DNA of 64,000 nt from Vulcanimicrobiota bacterium (GTDB lineage: Bacteria > Vulcanimicrobiota > Xenobia > Xenobiales > JADMJV01), in contig JBFWNU010000004.1 of assembly GCA_050250895.1 (NCBI GenBank), forward strand, positions 462,934 to 526,933. The letters are read 5' to 3'. A model generated the notes under the pieces. That model made no database searches and had not been told where the DNA came from. It worked only from the letters and a program-made list of their open reading frames with translations. The first letter of the stretch is position 1. Each line of letters opens with the position of its first letter. Position numbers and translations under genes: made by a program. Below, one piece after another: positions 47,731 through 56,693 of the stretch.

Positions 47731-48353
47731 TCGGCGAACTGCTGCTGTATCTGATGGTCACCGATCTGCGCGAGGTAGGCGACGAAGAGCTGCGCGATTA
47801 CCTTGAAGTGATGCTGGGCCTGCTGGCCGAGAGCGACGACTCACCCGAGTTGCGCGAGCGCACCCTGGACCAGCTCGAAGCCGGCGCCCCCGACCGCGAG
47901 GCCATCGCCGCCTGGCCCGATGAATACCTCGACTTGCTGCCGCCCACCATGGCCGGCTATGACGAGGCTCTGGAGCGCTTCGACCAGCTGCTGGAAGAGC
48001 TCTTCGAAGGCGAGCAAGAGGCCACCGACCGCCTGGCGCGCTTTCGCCATTGCCTCGAGTTGCTGCAAGATTCGGGCGAGTGGCAGCAGCGGGCCGAGGC
48101 AGCCCGCGGCATCGGCGCCCTTGAAGAAGAGCTGTTCTCTTGCCGCGACGAGTACGTGGCTATTCCCATCAGCCTCGACCAATGCTCGCCCGCCTCGGTG
48201 GTCGGCCACCGCTATCTGCTCGAGGGCTTCGAGACCTGGCAAGACGCCTTTCGCCTGGCTCACGGCGGCGAACTCGACGAAGCCCTGGACACGGCCATCG
48301 AAGGCACCTGCGTCTTTCGCGCGGTCGAGCAGTGGAGCCAGCAGGCGAGTTAA
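47727..48353 (+). CDS. Hypothetical acidic helical protein
   Basis: TTGA overlap with the upstream gene; coding codon usage. Confidence 0.7.
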   Translation: MIGELLLYLMVTDLREVGDEELRDYLEVMLGLLAESDDSPELRERTLDQLEAGAPDREAIAAWPDEYLDLLPPTMAGYDEALERFDQLLEELFEGEQEATDRLARFRHCLELLQDSGEWQQRAEAARGIGALEEELFSCRDEYVAIPISLDQCSPASVVGHRYLLEGFETWQDAFRLAHGGELDEALDTAIEGTCVFRAVEQWSQQAS

Positions 48354-49090
48354 ACACAGGTCGAGGTGGCCTGGTTGCAGATGCCACTACCGTCGCAGCA
48401 GAGACGTCCATTGGTACCCGAGTTGCCGCAGACTTGATTGAACCCGGCTGCCGCCAGATTGATACTGCCGGCGGGACAAACGCAATCGGTGGTTCCACAA
48501 CAGGCGTAGCCGGTGCAAAAGCCGGCTACATCGTTGCAACAAGCCAGCTTCGCCTCCATACAATCGGCCGAACCGCTGGTATTGACGCAGCTCGGGTCGA
48601 CACCCGCGTTGGAGAAGCATCTCGAGCTACCGGACGCGGCATCGTCGAGCGAGAACCGGGATAAGCAGTTCCTGGCGCCGGTGCAGCCGTCGCAAGCATC
48701 ACCGCAGGTGGCCCCGGTGCAGGTGTTGCAGGCCGTGGCGGCGTTACAGGCCGAGGCGGCGGCGCCGGGGCGAGGCAGTGTCACCGAAAGGATGACCGGA
48801 AGGGCGGCGCTTTGGCGGAGAAACTCCCTGCGAGAAGTGGTCGCTGGAGTCGTCACGATCAACTCAAGGGCAGCGAACCTCTGCACTGTCCGAGCCACCA
48901 CTTCCAGGCTGCCGTCGGGCTCAGCCATGGCCTCCCAGCTATGGCCCCCGTCGCAAAGGCGGAAAATCGCTGCCGCGCGTTGATCCAGATGGTGGGCCCG
49001 TGCCGTGGCGGGATCATACACCAGGAGTTCCTGCCCTATGGCCTGTTCGACCAGATACGGGCACTTCTTCGGGTTAGCGGGTAAGCTCAT
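48350..49090 (-). CDS. PqqD/RRE-domain protein fused to an SRREFL leader-like segment and a Cys-rich tail
   Basis: ELLVYDP..ARAHHLD..AAAIFRLCDG (PqqD-like); SRREFLRQSAALPVILSVTLP.P.AAAS; 22 Cys after it; AAGGAG RBS. Confidence 0.8.
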   Translation of the reverse strand: MSLPANPKKCPYLVEQAIGQELLVYDPATARAHHLDQRAAAIFRLCDGGHSWEAMAEPDGSLEVVARTVQRFAALELIVTTPATTSRREFLRQSAALPVILSVTLPRPGAAASACNAATACNTCTGATCGDACDGCTGARNCLSRFSLDDAASGSSRCFSNAGVDPSCVNTSGSADCMEAKLACCNDVAGFCTGYACCGTTDCVCPAGSINLAAAGFNQVCGNSGTNGRLCCDGSGICNQATSTCV

Positions 49091-49183
49091 GGGCTCTCCT
49101 TAAGCAAGAAAGTGCATACGACCTTGCTTTTGCCGCTTCAGGATCGTTCTTTCCCAGGGCCGGCGTTCCTGGTCGCGAGTTTG

Positions 49184-50521
49184 TCAGCGGTTGAATGGGG
49201 TCTCGTTAATCCAGTGAAAACCACGACTGTTCAGGAGACTCTCGCGGTCGTCTCGCCGCAGCTGGACCACGATCTGGCGCCCTTCGAACTCGCCCTCGAT
49301 TTGGAGCTGATTCTCGTCCGACAAGGCAAACTGCAGGGCATACTCGTCCGGCTCGGGCGCCCCGCGCTCGTAGAGCTTTAGCTTGGAGTTTTCCATATCC
49401 AATCGCATTCGCAGGCGGCTGGTCGATCCGTCGGCCCGTAGAATCGTCAGCGAAGAGGACGGTGTGAGTCCCACTCGCAGCCAGTCCTTTGCATCCGTCC
49501 CAGAACTCTGGGGGTTCACAACGACATAGGACTCCACCTGATAGACCCCCCGCAGCGGATTCTCCAGAGCCTCCTGGCGCCCCTGAAGATAGGACACGGT
49601 GCCCCCGATCATCTGGGCGAAAAAGAGCGGCACAAAGAGGGCCTTGACCACCAGGCAGGCCCGCCGAAGCTTTGGTGAAGAGGCGCAGAAGACTCCCTGA
49701 TCACGGGCCGGAACGGGTTTGTTGGTGACAAAGAGTGCTAACAGACGGCCCCCGTCCGGCGCGGCCAGCACCAGGGCGAAAAACAGAAGATGGAACGAGT
49801 AGAGCTTGACCGGAACGTCGTAACACAGGTTGAGCACGAACACGTTGGCCATAGCGGCCGCCGTCACCAGCGAACCGAGCAGCGTGGTGCGTCGAAAAAG
49901 AAGAAGGACACCGCCGGCAACCTCAGCAGCTCCGCAGAACATCTGGTAGCCGGCACTGGCGCCCATGAAGTTCCACAGGAGTCCCATGGGTGAGGAGTCC
50001 CCGTAGGGCACCACCAGCCGGTCGGGTCCAAGCGGCGGGAACTGCCCGCCCGGAATGAGCTTCACCAGGCCGTAGCCGACCATGGCCGTGAACAGATAAT
50101 AGCGGAGGAAGACCCGATTCAGCTCGGCCACCCCCGCAGAGACTGGTGTCGCACGGCGCCACGCCCACCAGGCCAGCGCCAGGAACAAGGCCAGCCCGCC
50201 ATCCACCAGCACGTCAAAGTAGCCGGCCAGGCCATCGCCACTGCCGGTCTGTTCCAGCGAGATGACCTGCCCGGTCAGCCACTGGCCGAGGGCTTGAACG
50301 ATGGGGCCTGTAAGCTTGGCGTGCAGCCCGGCAATCCATTGGAGCGCGCTGGCCAGCCCAGACGACTCCAACCCGGGGATGGCCGTCACGACCCCCAGCA
50401 TGTCCAGCGGAAACGGTAGCATGTAGAGGAACGTGTAGAAGAGCAGAAACCGTCGAGGTAGGGTTGCGAGTCCGAGCCCGCGGGGGACGGGCTCAGCCTC
50501 TTGGCTTTCGTCGTGCGTCAT
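49184..50521 (-). CDS. DoxX-like multi-TM membrane protein
   Basis: YGLVKL...QFP, SPMGLLWNFMGAS..Y, LLLFRRTTLLG, NLCYDVPVKLYS. Confidence 0.8.
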   Translation of the reverse strand: MTHDESQEAEPVPRGLGLATLPRRFLLFYTFLYMLPFPLDMLGVVTAIPGLESSGLASALQWIAGLHAKLTGPIVQALGQWLTGQVISLEQTGSGDGLAGYFDVLVDGGLALFLALAWWAWRRATPVSAGVAELNRVFLRYYLFTAMVGYGLVKLIPGGQFPPLGPDRLVVPYGDSSPMGLLWNFMGASAGYQMFCGAAEVAGGVLLLFRRTTLLGSLVTAAAMANVFVLNLCYDVPVKLYSFHLLFFALVLAAPDGGRLLALFVTNKPVPARDQGVFCASSPKLRRACLVVKALFVPLFFAQMIGGTVSYLQGRQEALENPLRGVYQVESYVVVNPQSSGTDAKDWLRVGLTPSSSLTILRADGSTSRLRMRLDMENSKLKLYERGAPEPDEYALQFALSDENQLQIEGEFEGRQIVVQLRRDDRESLLNSRGFHWINETPFNR

Positions 50522-50770
50522 CTGAGCGTAAGAAGTTCTCCCCATTCGCGAAGACGACCTGGATCCACGAACGGGTGGTCAAGACCTCAAGCGCCTGAAC
50601 GAAGGCGAGCCGTCGGTCGACCTTGCCCGAGACACGGCTGGGCCGCTAGCCCAGCCAGGCCAACGGCCCGGCAGTCGGCAGTGCACGCTGCCGAATTCGG
50701 CGTACCAGGCTGCCGAGTGAAGGTGCGGCGACGGAGAAGTGACCCCCGCTAATAGACCTTTTCTCGCGGA

Positions 50771-50872
50771 GGGGGTCGCTGAGCCGTCGCCCCCGAGCGC
50801 GCTCCTTGCGTGCGCAGTTCCATCAGGTTCAACGTGGTCTGAGAACTGCGCCCGAGCCCTTTCAGTCACGCC
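50771..50872 (-). repeat. Copy A of a diverged repeat shared with 57041-57111 (probable tyrosine-recombinase remnant)
   Basis: Shared gggt(c/t)gctgagccgtc(g/a)ccc ... gccctttcag. Confidence 0.55.
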
Positions 50873-50910
50873 TACGCCCTTCTCCGTTGCAGTTCTTGCT
50901 CACGTCCCGC

Positions 50911-50953
50911 GGCGCTGGCGAGCGCCCTTTGGGCAAAGAGCGCGCCAGCGCCC
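50911..50953. terminator. Long GC-rich inverted repeat just downstream of the candidate immunity gene
   Basis: ggcgctggcg...ctttg gg caaag...cgccagcgcc; no clear U-tract, so terminator function is uncertain. Confidence 0.4.
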
Positions 50954-50963
50954 CGGTGGCGTT

Positions 50964-51419
50964 TCAGTCACTCTTGGCATTGTCCGGAATTCTCTTGCTG
51001 GAGACAACAAACCCGGTGAGTCTGCCCTTACATCCGTAGGCAGTTAAATAGCCGTCTCGAAGGATAAACTCGGTAGTGTGAATATCCTTTCTCTGGACAT
51101 CGGGGGTCGGGACACCAAATCTGCGACAGAGACCTTCAAGGTGGTCACCATCGCAAAACCGACTCCCCAGGACCTCCAGATGAGAGCCCCCGATTGATAC
51201 GGCGATTCCCGATTCAGAAAAGAAGACAGTTCGGCCGTCGCTGTATTGCCAACAACGAGAGCGTCTTTCTCGAGGTTCGCCAGCTAACTCCACGACCTGA
51301 GCGTGGGTCATTCCGATCTTTAGTTCGTCGACAATGACCGCGTTAACGTCCTGAGAGACTCGGAACGAGGCCTGTGGTGGCGTGCAACCCACCACCATCA
51401 GCATTATTGACACAATCAA
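50964..51419 (-). CDS. Predicted lipoprotein (SmpA/BamE-like), candidate immunity protein for the Rhs toxin
   Basis: Lipobox-like VVG|C; LKIGMTHAQVVELAGEP...WQY; lower GC; directly downstream of the Rhs-CT. Confidence 0.6.
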   Translation of the reverse strand: MIVSIMLMVVGCTPPQASFRVSQDVNAVIVDELKIGMTHAQVVELAGEPRERRSRCWQYSDGRTVFFSESGIAVSIGGSHLEVLGSRFCDGDHLEGLCRRFGVPTPDVQRKDIHTTEFILRDGYLTAYGCKGRLTGFVVSSKRIPDNAKSD

Positions 51420-51433
51420 CGCTTGATGTCGAA

Positions 51434-52585
51434 TTACCGTCCCTCCATGTACTTCGCGACATTATGCATTTGCTGCAAAATGCGTTTATCGACCGAGCGG
51501 TTCAGAGTGTTGATATGGGGAATCAATGCCATATCGGTTTCTCTCGCCGACCAACTTTCCAGGAACCGTGACTCATCCTCCCAAACCGGGGTCTCGAGAG
51601 CGGAGATCCCCCTAGGGTCACCCAACCAATGTCCTACAATGCCAAACCATAACGAATCGAGAGTGCCCTGTCTCAACACATGACGCGCCTCGTGGAAGAG
51701 AAGAGCTGTCGTATACACAAATTCCGCTTCGTCCGCTGACCGTGAGCAATTTGATTCACTTATCCCAATATTTCGGGTAAAAGGATTTGTAAAACCGTCT
51801 GCATGCGGGTTCCCAGGCATGCGGTTGAGCCTGTCCCACTTCCAACGAGAAGCCAACACGTCGGCCTCCTTTTCATAACCGAGTGCGCGTATCTTAGCTA
51901 TCCCGCGCTGAATTGTTTCAGCGTAGCTCGGCGAGAACCCATTGGGTCTGATGGTATCCGCTCCTGGAAGTCCATCCAGACCAACCGGATCCACATAATT
52001 CACCGGATTCCCGCCAACATACCCATACAGGTTCAAGCCACCCGCAAACCCGATCGGGTCCCGAGAGAGAAATCGCCCCAGCCTGGCATCGTAATGTCGA
52101 GCCCGCATGTAAAGCAGGTTGGTGTCACCCGAGTCATCGTGCACACCAAGCCCGCCCACGAAGGTCTTTGGACTAGAGCCAGAACCCGTCTTCGTCTGCT
52201 CACCGAACTCGAGATACTCGTAGGCCGCCACCTCATCACCACTGCCGTCCACCACGATTCGCACCGAGGTTAAGCCGTCGGTCAGCAGGTAGAAGAAGTC
52301 GCCCCCGCTCTCGAAGCCCATCAACTGATGGCCCATCAGGTAGTTGAACTCCACCGGCGAGCCCACGGCCGGCGTCTCCACCTCGTTCAGTGTCGGCAAG
52401 CCAGAGTAGAAGCTCTCGGTCACCGTCTCGTCGTCGAGGATCTTGGCCTTGCGGATACCACCGGCATCATAGGTATGCAGCACCTTGGTGTCAGCCGGAC
52501 TAAAGGCCACCCGAATGAGGTTGTCCTGGTCGTCCCAGCGATAGGCGATGGTGTCGCTGGTGGCCGCGTCGGTCCGCAGCGTCAT
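51434..52585 (-). CDS. Orphan (5'-truncated) Rhs core with a C-terminal HExxH zincin-like toxin domain
   Basis: LYMRARHYDARLGRFLSRDPIG..GGLNLYGYVGGNPVNYVDPVGL, then a CT with LFHEARH and a downstream E. Confidence 0.85.
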   Translation of the reverse strand: MTLRTDAATSDTIAYRWDDQDNLIRVAFSPADTKVLHTYDAGGIRKAKILDDETVTESFYSGLPTLNEVETPAVGSPVEFNYLMGHQLMGFESGGDFFYLLTDGLTSVRIVVDGSGDEVAAYEYLEFGEQTKTGSGSSPKTFVGGLGVHDDSGDTNLLYMRARHYDARLGRFLSRDPIGFAGGLNLYGYVGGNPVNYVDPVGLDGLPGADTIRPNGFSPSYAETIQRGIAKIRALGYEKEADVLASRWKWDRLNRMPGNPHADGFTNPFTRNIGISESNCSRSADEAEFVYTTALLFHEARHVLRQGTLDSLWFGIVGHWLGDPRGISALETPVWEDESRFLESWSARETDMALIPHINTLNRSVDKRILQQMHNVAKYMEGR

Positions 52586-52653
52586 GTTACCGTCGTCGTC
52601 GCCGGTGATATGAGCGCGCGCCGGTACTCGATTTTCAGTTAAGGAGAGAAGGC

Positions 52654-52968
52654 TCAGAGGTGCTCGACCCGGTTGCGCATCTCTTCGGGGTCCATGGCAC
52701 CGTGAATCAGCAGCAGCGCCTGAATCATCTCGCCGAAGGTTCGATGAGCCTGAGGAGTGTAGGCGATCCCCGCGTGCGGCTGGCCCTGGGAGTGAAGGAT
52801 CCAGTAGTCCTCGTCCATGGTGATCATAACTCGACCCTGTTCGGTGGCGAAGGCTAGTTGCGCGGCGTCCGGGTAGCGGAGTCGGCCGGCGTCTCTGGCG
52901 GTCAGCACGTCGACACCCCCCTCCGTGACCGCGGCGGGCACCATCTCGTCGCTGTAAAATTTGATCAC
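52654..52968 (-). CDS. DUF5615 PIN-like toxin, possibly with a short in-frame deletion
   Basis: KFYSDEMVP, PDAAQLAFA..QGRVMITMDEDY, HAGI; GTGA overlap with DUF433. Confidence 0.8.
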   Translation of the reverse strand: MIKFYSDEMVPAAVTEGGVDVLTARDAGRLRYPDAAQLAFATEQGRVMITMDEDYWILHSQGQPHAGIAYTPQAHRTFGEMIQALLLIHGAMDPEEMRNRVEHL

Positions 52969-53246
52969 GCACTTCGAAGCTTCGAGGAGCTTTCGGCCTT
53001 GAGCTTCAGAAAACGCTCCCGCTCTTGTCGCATCTGGCCGCGGATTTCGTCGAGGTGCTCGTAATAGTAGACGAGCGCGGCGTGGACTTCGGCCAGAGAG
53101 AGGTGGAACTCGCGGGCGATCTGAACGGGCGTTTGCTGCTGGTATTCGGTCAGGGCGGCCACATCCTGAACGCGGATGCGGTGGCCTTTAATGCAGGGCT
53201 TGCCGCCGCAGATCCCGGGAGTGCTGGTGATGTATTCAGAAAGCAT
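52965..53246 (-). CDS. DUF433 antitoxin, copy 1
   Basis: ITSTPGICGGKPCIKGHRIRVQDV...LSLAEVHAALVYY; start ATG 53246 inferred from promoter spacing. Confidence 0.92.
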   Translation of the reverse strand: MLSEYITSTPGICGGKPCIKGHRIRVQDVAALTEYQQQTPVQIAREFHLSLAEVHAALVYYYEHLDEIRGQMRQERERFLKLKAESSSKLRSA

Positions 53247-53253
53247 CAGGTCC

Positions 53254-53262
53254 ATTGTATCA
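53254..53262 (-). promoter_or_regulatory. Extended -10 element TGaTACAAT, 7 nt upstream of ATG 53246
   Basis: Conserved in the second copy (56143-56151). Confidence 0.6.
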
Positions 53263-53284
53263 CGATGGGGAACCCCGGTGAGTC

Positions 53285-53960
53285 TTCCGGGCCCGAGGGT
53301 GGGTTCGGCGATGTTCTCGAGCTACCTCGAGGGCAGAAAGGCGAGTGTAGAGCTGGGTGGTCGAGGCCCGGGCGTGGCCCAGCATCTCCTGGACGTGGCG
53401 CAGGTCGGCGCCGGCCTGCACCAGGTGGCTGGCAAAGGCATAGCGCAGCAGATGCGGAGTGACCTGAGCTTTGAGGCCGGCTCGAAGAGTGGGCGGGCCC
53501 GGGCGAGGTAGAGGCGCAGCAGCTCGGCCAGATGGTCCGAGAGCGGCAGCTTGCGGTCTTTGGCCCCTTTGCCGCGACGCACGTGAAGGATGCCGTCGTC
53601 AAGCTCCAGGTCCACCAGGTCGAGGCCGGCACACTCGGAGCTGCGCACGCCCAGAGCATGGCTCACCGAGTTGGGTGAGTAGAGGCGGCCCTTGGAATTG
53701 GGCTGCCAGAGCATGCGGCTTTGGAAGCGCATCAGGTGGGCCGGCGTGACCTGGTTGGGTTGCTCGCCCTCGCAGCTGGCCTGGAAGAGGGCCAGCCAGT
53801 GGCGGGTCCTCGACGGCCTTGGCCAGGCCGGCTCGGGTGGCCACCCGCCGCACCATGTGGGCCAGGTTGGCTCGGGCCAACGGCTTGCCGTGCTTGCTCA
53901 GAAAGACCCTTGCCGTGCTTGCTCAGAAAGACCCTTGCCGTGCTTGCTCAGAAAGACCCT
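53285..53960 (-). pseudogene. Fragmented XerC/XerD-like tyrosine recombinase gene(s), probably remains of a tandem pair
   Basis: Pieces in different frames: VFLSKHGKPLARANLAHMVRRVATRAGL; GVRSSECAGLDLVDL...[15 protein letters not shown]; [28 protein letters not shown]; STTQLYT...RTHPRA. Confidence 0.85.
53884..53958. repeat. Perfect tandem repeat, 3 x 25 bp
   Basis: cttgccgtgcttgctcagaaagacc at 53884, 53909 and 53934. Confidence 0.95.
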
Positions 53961-53966
53961 GGCCTG

Positions 53967-54075
53967 GCGCGGGTCGGTCACCAGCTTGACCTGGCCGTCG
54001 GAGCCAACGGTGAAGACGGTGTCGTTGCCTTTGGCGTCGGTGATGGTGACCAGGTTGCCGTTGCTATCGTATTCG
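53967..54075 (-). pseudogene. Rhs/YD-repeat fragment
   Basis: YDSNGNLVTITDAKGNDTVFTVGSDGQVKLVTDPR. Confidence 0.7.
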
Positions 54076-54141
54076 AAGCAAGTCGATCGTAGGTCGTCTC
54101 ATAGGTTCGCTGGTAGCCGGCAACACCGGGATCGTCGACGG

Positions 54142-55238
54142 CTACTTCTCGAACTGCCGGCCCTCGCGGTCCCAGAAGGTCAAGCCGTCGGGCGCCGTTC
54201 CGCGGATGAAGAGAAAGCCATCGTGCACGTTGCGATGGCAGCCCGTGCACAGGAAGATGAGATTGGCCGGAACGGTCAGGCCGCCCAGGGCGAAGAAGCG
54301 GATGTGGTGGGACTGAAGCCAGATATGGTTTGGGCAGTCGGGCGTCTGGCAGCAATAGCAGTGAGCCCGCGGGCGTCAGGGTTGAATTTCAGGTTCGGCG
54401 AGACCTCCCAGTGCGCGTCGGCCTGGCAGGCCAGCTGCACGGAGGGATTGCCCGGGCACGCCTCGCCGTCCACCGCAGTCGTGGTAATGAAGAACTCGTC
54501 CCCCGGGGGACGAACGCCCAGCTCTTGAGCCAGTTCGTGAGCCGTCCGGATGGGCCCGGCCAACTTGCGCTGGTGCGAGGCTGCCACGGCGGCGGCTTTG
54601 GCGCGAAGTTCTTCGAGGTCTTTCTCGGTCACGGGCGCGATTTGCAAGCGTTGAGCCAGTAGCAGCTCCAGGGCCTCTTTGAGTTCGACCTTGCGACCAA
54701 ACTCGAGCGACAGCGAATGCAAGACCAACTTCAGGAGTTCGGACGTCTCGGGGTCGAGGTGCAAGGTGATCTCTTCACTCTCGACCTCGGTCGGCGGCCG
54801 CTCGCCGGGCAGGCCGCCCTTAGGAGTGGTGGCCACCAGGCGGCGAATGACGGACGTGCTGTAAAGCGAGGCCAACTCGAGCCACACCAGCTCGGTTTCG
54901 GGAGTGGCTTTGCTGGCGATCTCGCGCAGTTTGGCCCAGCCGATGTCGCCCGCTTCGGCGGCGGCCGTGAGGGCGGGTAGGTCTTCGAGTTGGCGGGCCA
55001 CGCGGCGGCAGGCGTTGGCCTCTTTCTTGGTCACGCCCAGCCGACGGATGGCGTAGTGAATGGGACCGCTGCAGCCAAAGTCCTGGTAACCGCCGGTGGC
55101 CTGAAGGGCCAATAGGCATCGGCCCAGGATGATGCGGTGGATGACCAGACCCGTCGATGCGCGGGCAGCCATGTGGTGGAGAGCTTGGGGTTCGAATTCG
55201 AGGAGAGCTTCACGGGTGTATGTTTGAAGAGGTTTCAT
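54142..55238 (-). pseudogene. HNH endonuclease with a DUF222-like N-terminus, frameshifted before the HNH domain (copy 1)
   Basis: 320-aa frame breaks after ARGLT; a shifted frame reads CCQTPDCPNHIWLQSHHIRFFALGGLT.PANLIFLCTGCHRNVHDG...GRQFEK*. Confidence 0.82.
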
Positions 55239-55689
55239 ACTCCTATTTTATCGAAGCAAAGGCTGTTCGAGCAAAAAATCGAACAGGACCAAACGGCTTG
55301 GTTACAGGGTTTCAGGGATTCCCTGGGGATGATGTCCGACCTTTAAACGAGGCTCGATGACGTTCAAGTCAAAATGCCGAGCAAAGGGCTTCAGCGGGTC
55401 CCTCAGCAGGCCTGGAACGGAGTTTGAGTGACAGATCATCGGAAGGCGTTTTTGCGCTCAGGCCAATCTTTTTTTAAAGGAAGTCCCCCAAGGGACGGCT
55501 CGCGCCAGCCCATCCAGTCGCGTTCGTCAACTAGAGCAAAACCCAAGACGAGGTCGCCACGTCTCAGCACCACCAGGACGACCAGATTCGAAAACAGGTA
55601 CCTCCACTGATCGAGCCCCATTCTCAACTCGCTTCCTCTCACACCCTAGACGATACCGGGGTTGGCGGGCTGTATGCTCAACCTGACTT

Positions 55690-55857
55690 TACGTATCTTG
55701 AGTGCCCGAATGGTCTGGCGGTGAGTTCGCTGGCTTTGCGCCACATAGGCCAAACCAGCGTGCAGCGTAAGACGCCCGGCGGCCTGGCCTGCCAGCACAT
55801 CGACGAGTCCCCGGTGACGGCACGCGGCACCATCTCGTCGCTGCAAAACTTGATCAC
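55690..55857 (-). pseudogene. Deleted and frameshifted DUF5615 toxin, copy 2
   Basis: MIKFCSDEMVPRAVT..., then VDVLAGQAAGRL|HAGLAYVAQSQRT in another frame; the middle of copy 1 is absent. Confidence 0.75.
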
Positions 55858-56135
55858 GCACTGCCAAGCTTTGAGGGGTTTTCGGCTTTGAGCCTGACAA
55901 ACTCTTCCCGCTCTCGGCGAATCTCGGCCCGAATGGCATCGATATGCTCGAAGTAATAGGCTAGAGCGGCATGCACCTGGGCTAGAGTCAAGTCGAATTC
56001 CTGGGCGATCTGGTCGGGGTTCTGTTGCATCTCTTCACTGAAGATGGCGACATCTTGCACCCTGATGCGGCGACCTCTGATACAGGGCTTGCCGCCGCAG
56101 ATCCCGGGAGTGCTGGTGATGTAATCCGAAAGCAT
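55854..56135 (-). CDS. DUF433 antitoxin, copy 2
   Basis: ITSTPGICGGKPCIRGRRIRVQDV; clear paralogue of 52965-53246. Confidence 0.92.
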   Translation of the reverse strand: MLSDYITSTPGICGGKPCIRGRRIRVQDVAIFSEEMQQNPDQIAQEFDLTLAQVHAALAYYFEHIDAIRAEIRREREEFVRLKAENPSKLGSA

Positions 56136-56393
56136 CAGGTCCATTGTATCACCATGGGGAGCCCCGTGGTCGCGCTCAGTTTCTGATATGGGCTCGATGT
56201 GGGTTTGGAATTTGTCCGTGCGTTTCAGTCATGCCTGCCCCCTTCACCGATTGAGCCTTGCTATCATCCCCCAGGACAGCCGAGTGCCTTCTCCAGACCG
56301 TCAGGGACTGCGAGTTCTGCCAGATCGCCAGACCCGTTCACTCAGCGCCTGGTAGGAGGTGACTGGCCCAGCCCGGCCGAGGCGACTCAGGCT

Positions 56394-56493
56394 TCATTTT
56401 GGTTCCTCGGCCGGCAGTAGCTGTCGCGAATCTTGAGGACCTCAGCCTGGCCGGCGTCACGATGAAGGCTGCCCAGACTACCTGTCGAGCCAT
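56394..56493 (-). pseudogene. Internally deleted RelE/ParE-type toxin
   Basis: MARQVVWAA start overlapping the antitoxin end, joined out of frame to HRDAGQAEVLKIR. Confidence 0.55.
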
Positions 56494-56663
56494 TTGGACA
56501 ACCGTTGGCGGGCTTCGTCGTGGGTGACGACCCGCCCGGCGACAAGGTCATCGCGGCCCTGTAGGACTTTCTGCTCGAGGTACAGGCGGTAGATGATGTC
56601 TTCCATCGAGGAACCGTCGGGCATCTGGGCCACCAGTTCGAGGACTCGTTGCTTGGGTGTCAT
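56478..56663 (-). CDS. Small antitoxin of the type paired with RelE/ParE toxins
   Basis: KQRVLELVAQMPD..SMEDIIYRLY..QKV.QG..D..AGRVVTHDEA..RL.KW. Confidence 0.8.
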   Translation of the reverse strand: MTPKQRVLELVAQMPDGSSMEDIIYRLYLEQKVLQGRDDLVAGRVVTHDEARQRLSKWLDR

Positions 56664-56693
56664 GGCTTCTCGTATTCCATTTCATCCGCCTTG

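Noticed and set aside
50741-50953. Ribozyme, riboswitch or attC site in the hairpin-rich stretch
   Set aside because: No hammerhead, twister or HDV core and no RYYYAAC...GTTRRRY ends recognised; the conserved part reads better as a recombinase remnant.
52586-52972. N-terminal 129 codons of the 512-aa Rhs ORF; likewise the extensions 3222-3758, 7058-7366, 26632-26895 and 36026-36460
   Set aside because: They overlap other real genes in a different frame or strand and translate as R/P/G-rich noise, apart from a few Rhs-like codons just upstream of 52585; starts were moved.
53884-53958. Possible CRISPR array
   Set aside because: The units are directly adjacent with no spacers, lie in recombinase coding remnants, and no cas genes are present.
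55260-55645. Small ORFs in the low-GC stretch (for example 55436-55642); also 57106-57339 and 56160-56390
   Set aside because: Probably fragments of immunity, toxin or recombinase genes, but no motif could be assigned with confidence.
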